In this document: piece after piece, positions 11,276 to 20,098 of the stretch | How positions within the stretch are numbered: position 1 is the first letter of the stretch | How the letters are laid out: each line of letters starts with the position of its first letter | NCBI GenBank assembly: GCA_963758495.1 | Contig: CAVWVI010000003.1 | Coordinates: 1,600,001 to 1,664,000 of the forward strand | Length of the DNA: 64,000 bases | From: Oligoflexia bacterium | Lineage (GTDB): Bacteria; Bdellovibrionota; UBA1018 | Direction of reading: 5' to 3' | The notes under the pieces: generated by a model | Seen by the model: the letters and a program-made list of their open reading frames with translations, nothing else | Told to the model about the DNA's origin: nothing | Databases searched by the model: none | Translations under genes and position numbers: made by a program

Positions 11276-12004
11276 GTGAAAAAGTATATATTCGAGTATC
11301 AAGTTATTTTCACTTTAATCATGGTTACTGTTTTTGCTATTATTGGTTGCTCCAATAGACAAACAGTCAATAATGAGGCTTCCCCTAATACAGTTGTAGA
11401 GGTAGAACCGTCAGTTGTTCCAGTATCTGAAGCCGATATGGTGCCGCATGTGGACAATGAAAAGAAGAACTCGGCATTAGGTGATCAGTCAGTAAGAAAT
11501 ATAGCGAATGATAACGTAGTGGGTCATGACGTAGCTACCGTAAGTGTAGCTAACGGAAGTCATGATCAGGAGGTTCAGCCAAAATCAGATACTCCCACGA
11601 TTGTAGATTCGCAGCCTACTGTGAATGTCCCAGTCAAACATCACAAGAAAAAACAACTGGCACACGTAGTAACATCTGAAACTACTCCTTCTCATTTAGA
11701 GCAACCCAGCGTTTTAGAACAGTCTAGAGTAAAACTTGACCAGCCTATGGCAAAACAACAGCCTGAAGTGATGAACGCACCCGTTTCTTTATCTCCTCCT
11801 CTAGTAACGTCATTACATGAGGTGCCATCGCCTCCAAAAGCTTCTGCAATTCAGACGGCAGGTTCAGAGTCGGATTTAAGTAAAGAGGTTGCTGAAACTC
11901 TCGAGGAACCTTTTTATAAAAAGAAGGTAGTTATAGCGAGTACATTGCTTTTAGGTCTCATTGGGTTACGGACTGTTCTTTTAAATCGCGGAAAAAAAGT
12001 TTAA
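11276..12004 (+). CDS. Hypothetical lipoprotein with low-complexity body and C-terminal TM segment
   Basis: Lipobox IIGC; Pro/Ser/Val-rich middle; KKKVVIASTLLLGLIGL...RGKKV tail. Confidence 0.65.
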   Translation: MKKYIFEYQVIFTLIMVTVFAIIGCSNRQTVNNEASPNTVVEVEPSVVPVSEADMVPHVDNEKKNSALGDQSVRNIANDNVVGHDVATVSVANGSHDQEVQPKSDTPTIVDSQPTVNVPVKHHKKKQLAHVVTSETTPSHLEQPSVLEQSRVKLDQPMAKQQPEVMNAPVSLSPPLVTSLHEVPSPPKASAIQTAGSESDLSKEVAETLEEPFYKKKVVIASTLLLGLIGLRTVLLNRGKKV

Positions 12005-12023
12005 AAAAATAGATGAGTCCAAC

Positions 12024-12608
12024 TTAATTCGGATACGGTTGAATGGTTCTACGAAGTTTGGTGATGTCATATTGCATAAGTCTAAGCTTATTGATCACAC
12101 TCTGAAAATTCGTGTGAGACATATTTGGGTTTCTGCTTAGGATACATAAATAATCTCTAGAGGGTTTTCCCACTACGGCATAACTGTAGCTTTCATCTAG
12201 GTCGATAATCCAATAGTCCTCTGAAAATGGCCAAAAGAAGCGAACTTTGAGTTTTGCATTTGTTTGAGGATCAGTTACCCATGCTTTTCCATATGAAGAA
12301 CGAAGGGGACCATCAAATTTTCTTTCGTGGCACTCATTGAGCACATCAATATCTCCATCAGATGATAAGCTGTAGGCAGCCGTAGTTGCCACACAGTTTT
12401 TCTGCAGCCTCTGAGGATAACTTGCGATCTCATACCATTTCCCTAAATAGCGATGTAAATCTACATGATGGACTACATTGAGTGGGGGACCCTTGGGCAC
12501 ATGAGCGCAAGACGTTGCTAGTGTAATCAGGTAACAAAATCCAATCCCAGAGTAAAAATTCTTTAAAATGTAGAAATTAGAAAAATTTCTTTTTAATTTT
12601 TTAAAAAT
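12024..12608 (-). CDS. blc: Outer-membrane lipocalin (Blc); start uncertain
   Basis: YLGKWYEIA, KLKVRFFWPF, YWIIDLD, ILSR; frame is open upstream of 12500 through a lipobox LATSC to a stop at 12618-12620. Confidence 0.85.
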   Translation of the reverse strand: MFKKLKRNFSNFYILKNFYSGIGFCYLITLATSCAHVPKGPPLNVVHHVDLHRYLGKWYEIASYPQRLQKNCVATTAAYSLSSDGDIDVLNECHERKFDGPLRSSYGKAWVTDPQTNAKLKVRFFWPFSEDYWIIDLDESYSYAVVGKPSRDYLCILSRNPNMSHTNFQSVINKLRLMQYDITKLRRTIQPYPN

Positions 12609-12790
12609 AAGACCCCCTTATATAAGACATACTACAAAATTTTTGCTCGCAGGACAGGAGCAAACTATTCATTCATTTGGCGATACCTGGTCCCTTAACT
12701 TAATGAATACTACAGAAATTGAAGGAGGCGAGCCTTGCCTTGTCCACTTTCTTTAGCATTTGAGAAGAAATGGGCGCTCCCCAAAACACA

Positions 12791-12824
12791 AAACCCCCTG
12801 AAATCATTCGACTTCAGAGGGTTT
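12791..12824 (-). terminator. Intrinsic terminator after tRNA-Arg
   Basis: AAACCCcCTGAA...TTCAGaGGGTTT stem, followed on the minus strand by a T-rich tract. Confidence 0.7.
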
Positions 12825-12835
12825 AAAAGTTTTAA

Positions 12836-12913
12836 TGGCGGACCCGACAGGGTTCGAACCTGTGACCTCCACATCCGTAGTGTGGCGCTCTAATCCAACT
12901 GAGCTACGGGTCC
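12836..12913 (-). tRNA. tRNA-Arg(ACG)
   Basis: GGACCCG acceptor stem, AGCTCAGTTGGATTAGAGC D arm, CCACA-CT-ACG-GA-TGTGG anticodon arm, GGTTCGAACC, encoded CCA. Confidence 0.97.
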
Positions 12914-13135
12914 CAAGCGCGTCAAATTACCAGAAGTGGAGTGAATTTTCGAGTTCTTTTTTCGAATCCTTTATATTTGACTCTCTTTGTTAGGTATGTA
13001 TTTGATATTTAAAGAGTTTCAGGGCTAATTTCATGAGGAAATTTTCAGAAAAGATTTTATGGAAGGGTTTACGGCTGGAGGCTGAAAATGTATTTTAAGT
13101 GGAGTTTTCGGGGATTCCTGTTTAAGTAAGTCTTA

Positions 13136-13621
13136 TTGATGGCTATTTTATCTTTTAATACGAGTATAACTCGATCTTTTCAGTTTGTTATTGTATTTTT
13201 TTTGATGCTCGCTTCCTCTTTGGGATGTGGTAGTTCTTCGGTTGTTCCGAGTGCGATCGATCCTGCTCTTACAGCATGTGGACCCGGAGAGGCTCGAATT
13301 TTAGTGGGTGATGGTTTTTTTCAAACTCTTTGTGGGTGTGTCCAAGCGGATGAAGCCCCTGGTAAAACATTCCCGTCTCCGGGGAATCTTACCTGTCATT
13401 TAGCTAAGAATCCTTCTTTAGTCTTGTTTTACTATTTAGGCACTGTCCTCTCGCATCAGATTGTGTCTTCCGGAAGCAATAGGTTTGCTCCGAGTCCTAT
13501 TCGTAACCCTAATGATTCAAATCCAATTCAAGTTCATGAGGTTTCGCTATCTCAGTCTGCAACGACTTATGAGTTTGTGGATATTTATAGCGGTATGACA
13601 GGTCAAATCTTCGTACCTTGA
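13136..13621 (+). CDS. Lipoprotein, possibly cupredoxin-like fold
   Basis: Lipobox SLGC; C-terminus TYEFVDIYSGMTGQIFV resembles the cupredoxin end motif. Confidence 0.55.
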   Translation: MMAILSFNTSITRSFQFVIVFFLMLASSLGCGSSSVVPSAIDPALTACGPGEARILVGDGFFQTLCGCVQADEAPGKTFPSPGNLTCHLAKNPSLVLFYYLGTVLSHQIVSSGSNRFAPSPIRNPNDSNPIQVHEVSLSQSATTYEFVDIYSGMTGQIFVP

Positions 13622-13691
13622 TTTGCTTCTGATTTCTCCGACTCTTGCAACACCTCTGTTTTTCGTTTTCCACTAGGTAAATGATTCCCTG

Positions 13692-13718
13692 TTAAGAATC
13701 AAACTAGACTGCCGATAG
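13692..13718 (+). promoter_or_regulatory. Putative sigma28 (FliA) promoter
   Basis: TTAAG-N14-GCCGATAG upstream of SD AAGGAG and ATG 13752. Confidence 0.6.
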
Positions 13719-13751
13719 TTTAATTATAACAGGAACCAAGGAGAGGTTACG

Positions 13752-13943
13752 ATGACTACTGCGAAAGATACTCAAGGAAGAAACGTAAAAGAAGATCAAA
13801 CGGTTGAAGTCCTTTATCAAAAACTAGGAGATCGTTGGTATGCTTTTTCACTGATAAAAGATGAAGTATTTATGGGGTCAATTACTCAAGGCGAGCTTGA
13901 AGCAGCAGGCCGTAAAGATGAATCTTCTCCTATAGACTCTTGA
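13752..13943 (+). CDS. Small hypothetical protein
   Basis: Strong SD (AAGGAGAGG); 63 aa. Confidence 0.7.
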   Translation: MTTAKDTQGRNVKEDQTVEVLYQKLGDRWYAFSLIKDEVFMGSITQGELEAAGRKDESSPIDS

Positions 13944-13948
13944 ATGTC

Positions 13949-14125
13949 ATGAACGCAAAAGTTAAAAAAGGGGAGCATCATTCCAGAGCGCACGCAGAAA
14001 TTGAAGCGTTGCGCGAAAAGATAATTAAATTAGTGTTAGAGAATCCTAAAAAGGCAGCAACTATTTTAAAAAACTGGATAAATCCAGCTACGAATTATAA
14101 CAAAATCAGCAAAAAAGGTCGGTAG
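13949..14125 (+). CDS. Small protein resembling the FliF C-terminal FliG-binding helices
   Basis: LREKIIKLVLENPKKAATILKNWIN; ATG 13949 directly follows the upstream gene. Confidence 0.55.
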   Translation: MNAKVKKGEHHSRAHAEIEALREKIIKLVLENPKKAATILKNWINPATNYNKISKKGR

Positions 14126-14132
14126 TTGAAGG

Positions 14133-14206
14133 TAAGAACTGCAAGGAGTCCTGTTGCGTCGAGATTCCAAATCTTTACGGCGCAATAGGACTCCTTGCAG
14201 TTCTTA
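14133..14206 (+). repeat. Long inverted repeat (29-bp arms) between convergent genes
   Basis: taagaactgcaaggagtcctgttgcgtcg versus cggcgcaataggactccttgcagttctta; the 2 mismatches are G-U pairs on the + strand. Confidence 0.9.
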
Positions 14207-14300
14207 TTTCCAAAGGTTCTCTGCATAACCCAAGAATTAAAGAACTCCTTCCGTACTCGTCGTGCTGGGACTTGTAATTATTGATGAAAATACTCAAAAT

Positions 14301-14792
14301 TTATAAATAGAATACGGATACGTCTCCTAGGTCTTTATGAGCATGTTCGGCGTAAAGTTTTAGGAATTTAACGAAGAGCTGATAAGCAGGATAAGATTTT
14401 AACTCCCGATCCACTGCACATCCAAAACGGACATAACGGCAATGGTTTTCAATAGAGGGCCTGGAGTTTTGTATTTTTACCTGGATTTCAAGATAAGTAT
14501 TTTGACTGAAGTAGAATCGAATGGGGATTTCATCTGTATCTTTAGGCCAAATATGATCAGGGTTATAAGGAATTTGAAAAGATAATCCGTCTTCACTCAC
14601 CTCGATGAGATCGATCGGGAGCATCTTACTTTCGCTGACCATAGAGAAGACACTTAATAAATTATGAAAAAATATCCGTTCAGTTGTTCGGCGCTTTTCT
14701 TCGAGGCGTTGCTCACGCGCTTGTTTAAAGTCGACGATGTGTTCTTCTTGGGTGGGGGTGCCACCATTCACGTTTCCAATCCTTGGGCTCAT
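14301..14792 (-). CDS. PilZ domain protein
   Basis: EKRRTTERI (RxxxR) and EVSEDG ([DNE]xSxxG-like); upstream TTAGG-N14-TCCGATAA sigma28-like motif. Confidence 0.75.
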   Translation of the reverse strand: MSPRIGNVNGGTPTQEEHIVDFKQAREQRLEEKRRTTERIFFHNLLSVFSMVSESKMLPIDLIEVSEDGLSFQIPYNPDHIWPKDTDEIPIRFYFSQNTYLEIQVKIQNSRPSIENHCRYVRFGCAVDRELKSYPAYQLFVKFLKLYAEHAHKDLGDVSVFYL

Positions 14793-14867
14793 ATTTAACT
14801 TCCTCCAAAGAGTTTATCGGAAGCAAGATAGAGACCCTAAATAAGCATCTTTTACCTAACTGCGTGA

Positions 14868-15284
14868 TTAATCGATTTGAACGATATGAGTGATGCTATC
14901 TAGTAGATGCAGCAGGTCAAGAAAGGCGTTGTAATTTGGAGATGATTTATTTTTAAACTCGGCGCCGACACGACGGGTGGAGCTTGTATTGTCGATACGA
15001 GCGACTTGAATAGATAACGGAATATAAAGCGATTGATTGAGGTAAAACTTTATATCAATAGAATCAGTCACTTGAATAGGGAAGTCTGATGAAGACTCAC
15101 CGTCTATGTCAACGTCAAAGGAAATTCCGTCTTCGCTAATATTTTGGACTTCGAGCTTATAAAGTCCTTTTTTGGGTATAACAACAAAAATTGAAAATGT
15201 GGTTATGATGGGTCTTCGAGTCGACCGCCGTCGTTCATTTTCATTGGATAAGCTTGAGTCAGTCTTTTTTATTATTTTAGTCAT
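14868..15284 (-). CDS. PilZ domain protein
   Basis: ERRRSTRR and NISEDG c-di-GMP-binding motifs; RVGAEF strand. Confidence 0.85.
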   Translation of the reverse strand: MTKIIKKTDSSLSNENERRRSTRRPIITTFSIFVVIPKKGLYKLEVQNISEDGISFDVDIDGESSSDFPIQVTDSIDIKFYLNQSLYIPLSIQVARIDNTSSTRRVGAEFKNKSSPNYNAFLDLLHLLDSITHIVQID

Positions 15285-16810
15285 AATCCATCTCTGCGTG
15301 GCAAGCCATTCAGTGTTAGAGGAAGCTTTTCAACTTGATCTGTTTTAGTCCTGAGTATCGAAATAGCCGTTTGCGCTAAAGCCGAAGCTTCACCGATTTG
15401 AATTTCTAAAGTTTTGGAATCAAGTGTCCCATTGAAATAAGCACGATGGAATCCATGAACTTTATCAATAGCCTGTCCGGTTTGTTGAATAAGAAGGTAC
15501 AAAGCTCCGTAAAAGTATTCTTTTTGAATCATATTAGGAGTCCATTTTTCTATGATCTGATTTAATTCAGCTTGAAGCATATTCCAATGGTGATGAAAAG
15601 CTTCCCATTCTCTTCTCTGTTTCGCGTTAACTTTTCCTTTCTTAATAGAAGCAAATTTATTCAGAGTTGAAACGAGCTGACTTTCCATTGTCATAGTAAA
15701 TTGTTTAACTTCTGAGATTTCATTGAATGTTTTATCACGCATCTTGTCATGAAACTCTTTCAATCCAGAGATGTAAGATGCGTCTTTGTCTCCCCCTAAA
15801 AAATAAGTTTTGTGAATAAGAACTTTCGTGTCTCTAGGCAGTTCTGGTGGAAGGGTTTGGATTTCAGTAACGACGGAAGCAAGGAACTCTTTGACTTGAG
15901 GAGGTTCGGGGTCTAGGGGAATTAAATAGACGACGTATTCACCTCGTGGAATGGGTTTATCGTCAAGAGCACGAATTGCAATTGTTTTGCCAAGTTTCTT
16001 TGTCAGCGTAATGTCAGTTTGTGTTTCAAAGGAGAGTTGATTGAGTAGGGTATCTGGATTCCCTATAATTTTAAGGCGAAACCTGGCGCCGTCCTGCAAA
16101 TTTGAAGAGACATAGAAGAAGGGTGTCAAAAGATCATTTTTAGAGAGCACGAGGCCAAATCGAGGGCCTGTGACTTCAATTTTGTCTCTCGCTGCGCTTT
16201 TAAGCTCTTCAAAATCAGTTTGGTTGACGTCCTCTAGGTTTGGAATCGGTGAGATCCATTTGCTTAAATAAGGAATCTTTTCTGTAAGCAGTAAAAGATA
16301 AGGCTGACTCAAGTGAGAGATGGAAACCATTCCTGCTCGAATTCGAGTGGATTTAAACCAGGAATTAAAAATTTCTGAATTGTAGCAAAGGATTATTCCT
16401 AAAGATATTCCAACTAGAGAAAAAATTTTGAGTAGTTTTGATGCTTTTCTGGTCTGAGTTTTTATCAAGTCTGTATGAGCGTCGATCTCTGATTTTGCCC
16501 TTGGTTTTGATTGATGAGTTGAGAGATCTAGAAACTCCGGAGGTTTGCTTTTAAGGTCTAATATAACATCATTTTGTAGTGCGTCATAAGATGTAATAAA
16601 AGAAGGAGATTCATGTGTCTCTTGAAAAATAGGGTTAAATTCGGCGATTTCATTGACGCATTGCCAATCCCTCATTCCTTCTTTCCATGCGTAATTTTTA
16701 GTTGAAATTTGGCCTTGGGTTGCCATTCCTTGAAGGTCTTCAAGAGAAAATGGACCTTCATGGTGATCAACTATATAAATGAACCATTTTTTTTCAGTAA
16801 TTCCATTCAT
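15281..16810 (-). CDS. GYF_2 (DUF4339) domain membrane protein
   Basis: WFIY...EGPFSLEDL...AWKEGMRDWQ N-terminal domain, then a TM helix and a large exported region. Confidence 0.8.
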   Translation of the reverse strand: MNGITEKKWFIYIVDHHEGPFSLEDLQGMATQGQISTKNYAWKEGMRDWQCVNEIAEFNPIFQETHESPSFITSYDALQNDVILDLKSKPPEFLDLSTHQSKPRAKSEIDAHTDLIKTQTRKASKLLKIFSLVGISLGIILCYNSEIFNSWFKSTRIRAGMVSISHLSQPYLLLLTEKIPYLSKWISPIPNLEDVNQTDFEELKSAARDKIEVTGPRFGLVLSKNDLLTPFFYVSSNLQDGARFRLKIIGNPDTLLNQLSFETQTDITLTKKLGKTIAIRALDDKPIPRGEYVVYLIPLDPEPPQVKEFLASVVTEIQTLPPELPRDTKVLIHKTYFLGGDKDASYISGLKEFHDKMRDKTFNEISEVKQFTMTMESQLVSTLNKFASIKKGKVNAKQRREWEAFHHHWNMLQAELNQIIEKWTPNMIQKEYFYGALYLLIQQTGQAIDKVHGFHRAYFNGTLDSKTLEIQIGEASALAQTAISILRTKTDQVEKLPLTLNGLPRRDGL

Positions 16811-16847
16811 TTTTTTGAATTTCCAGGTAAAAGTAAGTTTAAGTCAA

Positions 16848-17705
16848 ATGTATACCCAAAGTAAATGTTGCATCATAGGAATTCCAGATCATCAAGCAGT
16901 AATTAATGTAGGGGGTCGTGTAGGAGCGGCTCGGGGCCCAGAGGTATTTCGGCGGAATTTTTCTCGTTTTCGAGGGCGAGTTGATCTTCTGGAGCTTGTT
17001 CATGATTATGGAGATGTAATTGGCTTCACGCCAGATGTAGTAGTGAACCATCGGCTTGCCGCAGATCTCATCTGCAAAGGACATCAAAAAGAAGGATTTT
17101 CAGTAGTTATAGGAGGGGGACATGATCATGGGTTTTCCCATCTTCTAGGAATTGCGGAAGCTCTTAAGTCGCGATCTAAAAAGTTCAACTTAGGATGTAT
17201 TAATATTGACGCACATTTAGATGTTCGAAAGCCCTCTCCAGTTATTACGAGTGGTTCACCTTTTTATTTAGCAGTGGAATCAGGAGTACTTCATCCTAGT
17301 CGATTTGTGGAGTTTGGAATTCAATCACATTGTAATGCAAAGGCTCTTTGGCAGTATGTCGATGCAAAGAAAATTAGAATAGTGCCTTTTTCAAAATTAC
17401 GTCAGGGAAAAGCAGTTGAAATCTTTAAAAGAGAGTTGAAGAAGCTTTGCTCTATTTGCGATGTCGTCGTAGTGAGTCTAGATTTAGATGCGCTTGCAGA
17501 TGCATTTTGTCCGGGAGTCTCTGCTCCTCAGGCTGAGGGATTTACTTCGATGGAAGTAGTAGAAATGATGGAAATTGCCGGTAAAGAGAAGAAAGTTAAA
17601 TCTTTGGGAATCTTTGAATTGAATCCCGAGCATGATCGAGATGACTGTACTGCTCGTCTTGCAGCAACGGCAGCTTACCATTTTATCGAGTCAGCTTTTT
17701 TTTGA
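16848..17705 (+). CDS. hutG: Formimidoylglutamase (arginase/ureohydrolase family)
   Basis: GRVGAARGP, GGGHD, NIDAHLDVR, SGSPF, SLDLDA, PGVSAP, ELNP. Confidence 0.85.
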   Translation: MYTQSKCCIIGIPDHQAVINVGGRVGAARGPEVFRRNFSRFRGRVDLLELVHDYGDVIGFTPDVVVNHRLAADLICKGHQKEGFSVVIGGGHDHGFSHLLGIAEALKSRSKKFNLGCINIDAHLDVRKPSPVITSGSPFYLAVESGVLHPSRFVEFGIQSHCNAKALWQYVDAKKIRIVPFSKLRQGKAVEIFKRELKKLCSICDVVVVSLDLDALADAFCPGVSAPQAEGFTSMEVVEMMEIAGKEKKVKSLGIFELNPEHDRDDCTARLAATAAYHFIESAFF

Positions 17706-18556
17706 GCTTTATCGAGCTGAGTGGCTTTATTTTTTAAATTTTGTAGTAATCGCGCTTCGCTGAGGAGTGCTTCTGTGGTTTTTGTAATAAATATATCCAT
17801 ATCATGCGTTGCATTAAAGACTTCATTGCAAGAATTAAATGCAGCATCCGCATCTGTTTTGATCAAATCTCTTGATTTTGCTGATGCGGTAGCTAAGATT
17901 TGGGCCGTTCGTATTAAGTCTCTAATATGTAAGCCCAGTTGTGTGAGAGTGGATTTTGCATCAGTGGACCAATTCATTAAAAATTCTGAAATTTCCCTTT
18001 CATGGGAACGTTCAGCAATGTTCTCCGTCTGTTTTTCCAATAGTTCGGGTGGGGATAATGAGGCTTTGGGTCTTATTATCAGACGCATGAGATTAAAAAG
18101 CAGTAGAAAAAGTCCGCCCAATGCCAAGTCGTTCTTTAAAGGACCATGGGATCCTAAAAATCCAGTATATCCAAGGTCAATTTGAACCCGTACTCCTTTT
18201 CCATGTTCAGGAATAAAAATTTTTGAATAGTTAAATTCCCCATTTTTCGAGTTGAACTCATAGTTTTCTGAGTTATTGATGATGAACTCGCTTTTGATGG
18301 GAGTGATCTCAATGGGGCGTTGATCCATGCCTACTTTGAAAAAACGCACGGCCCACGAGACGGGATCTTGTTCTTGTTTTTCTTGAGCGTATAGGCTCAG
18401 GGTTTCGACCTGCGTGACAATTTGTCTTGCTATTCGAAGACCTAGATTGATTTGATCTTGGGTTGAGTCTTTGACTTCAATCCAATAAGTCAATCCACTG
18501 ATGGCTCCAGCAGCAAGGAGAGATAAAATAATAGATAGAATACGGGTTATTCCCAT
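17675..18556 (-). CDS. Two-TM membrane protein with helical cytoplasmic tail
   Basis: TM at the N-terminus and near aa 145-160; sigma28-like TCCGATAA just upstream. Confidence 0.7.
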   Translation of the reverse strand: MGITRILSIILSLLAAGAISGLTYWIEVKDSTQDQINLGLRIARQIVTQVETLSLYAQEKQEQDPVSWAVRFFKVGMDQRPIEITPIKSEFIINNSENYEFNSKNGEFNYSKIFIPEHGKGVRVQIDLGYTGFLGSHGPLKNDLALGGLFLLLFNLMRLIIRPKASLSPPELLEKQTENIAERSHEREISEFLMNWSTDAKSTLTQLGLHIRDLIRTAQILATASAKSRDLIKTDADAAFNSCNEVFNATHDMDIFITKTTEALLSEARLLQNLKNKATQLDKAQKKADSIKW

Positions 18557-18613
18557 CCGAAGAGCTTATCGGAATAAAAAGAGATAAATATGAGTCAAAA
18601 ATAGGAAGACCGA

Positions 18614-20098
18614 ATGGAATATATATTAGCCATAGATCAAGGAACAACAGGGACAACGTCGTTGCTGATGGATAGCAATTTGAATCGTATCGCAGAAGCA
18701 AGTGTGGATTTTGATCACTATTTTCCAAAGCCTGGTTGGGTTGAGCATGATTTGAATGATATTTGGACTACCGTTGTACAAACGGTAAGAGAAGTGACAA
18801 AACATATTGATCCTCGGAAGATTCTTGCTATCGGAATTACCAATCAGCGAGAAACTTTATGTTTTTGGGATAAAAAAACTTCAGAACCGATTGCGCGAGC
18901 CATTGTTTGGCAGGACCGTCGAACTGCGGATATTTGCGAACAGCTCCGTAGCCGTGGAATGGAGCCGTATTATCAAGATAATACAGGTCTTTTGATTGAT
19001 CCTTATTTTTCAGGGACTAAAGCCGCCTGGGCACTTCAAAATTGGGAAGAGGTAAAGAAAGCCTATAAATCGGGTCGCTTGGCTGCTGGTACGATGGATA
19101 GTTATTTGATCGCGCGGTTTTCTGATGGAGCCGTACATGCAACTGAACCGAGCAATGCTTCGCGGACTTTATGTTTTCATCTTCTAAAACATCGATTTGA
19201 TGCTGATCTTTGTGGACCACTCAATGTGCCACAAGATATCTGGCCAGAAGTTTATCCCTCAGTTGGGATTTTCGCAGTGACTAAAGGGTTCAATGGATTA
19301 CCCGATGGCATTCCAATTACTGGAGTCTTAGGTGACCAGCAGTCTGCTTTATTAGGACAAGCTTGTGTTAAGGAAGGAAGCGCCAAGTGTTCCTACGGAA
19401 CAGGGGCATTTCTTTTATTAAATACTGGTCGTAAACCCGTTAAAAGTAAACATCGTTTGTTATCCACGGTAGCATGGGCTATGACAGCCGATGATTATAC
19501 CTATGCTTTGGAAGGAAGTGCTTTCATTGCAGGAGCAGCAGTTCAATGGGTGCGTGATGGTTTAAAATTTATACGCGATTCAGCAGAAATTGAGGCCTTA
19601 GCTTCTTCAGTTCCTTCCAGCGATGGAGTTGTATTCGTGCCAGCTCTCACAGGTCTAGGTGCTCCTTATTGGGATCCTGGTGCGACCGGAATGTTTACAG
19701 GTATTACTCGAGGCACAACTCAAGCTCATATGGCAAGAGCGGTATTGGAAGGAATTGCATATCAAAATACAGATATTCTCGAAGCGATGAAAAAAGATTT
19801 AGGTAAGCCACTCACTTACTTGAATGTAGACGGGGGGGCATCAGCAAATAATCTTTTAATGCAATTCCAAGCAGATATGCTGAATACCATTCTCAGAAGA
19901 CCTAAATATCTTGAAACAACCAGTTTGGGTGCAGTATTTGCTGCAGGCTTAGGAGCAGGTTTGTGGACAGATCTTGCTGATATTGAAAGGACTTGGAAGG
20001 AAGATCGGGCTTTTACTCCACAAATGAATGAAGAAGAGCGAAAATTATCGATGGCCCGTTGGCATCAAGCTGTTGGGCGTGTGATTTATCGTGGCTAA
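18614..20098 (+). CDS. glpK: Glycerol kinase
   Basis: AIDQGTTGT, GITNQRET, WQDRRT, DPYFSGTK, GDQQ, PALTGLGAPYW, VDGG. Confidence 0.97.
   Translation: MEYILAIDQGTTGTTSLLMDSNLNRIAEASVDFDHYFPKPGWVEHDLNDIWTTVVQTVREVTKHIDPRKILAIGITNQRETLCFWDKKTSEPIARAIVWQDRRTADICEQLRSRGMEPYYQDNTGLLIDPYFSGTKAAWALQNWEEVKKAYKSGRLAAGTMDSYLIARFSDGAVHATEPSNASRTLCFHLLKHRFDADLCGPLNVPQDIWPEVYPSVGIFAVTKGFNGLPDGIPITGVLGDQQSALLGQACVKEGSAKCSYGTGAFLLLNTGRKPVKSKHRLLSTVAWAMTADDYTYALEGSAFIAGAAVQWVRDGLKFIRDSAEIEALASSVPSSDGVVFVPALTGLGAPYWDPGATGMFTGITRGTTQAHMARAVLEGIAYQNTDILEAMKKDLGKPLTYLNVDGGASANNLLMQFQADMLNTILRRPKYLETTSLGAVFAAGLGAGLWTDLADIERTWKEDRAFTPQMNEEERKLSMARWHQAVGRVIYRG

Noticed and set aside
17721..18185. 154-aa plus-strand ORF
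   Set aside because: Antisense shadow of the 17675-18556 membrane protein; no motif.
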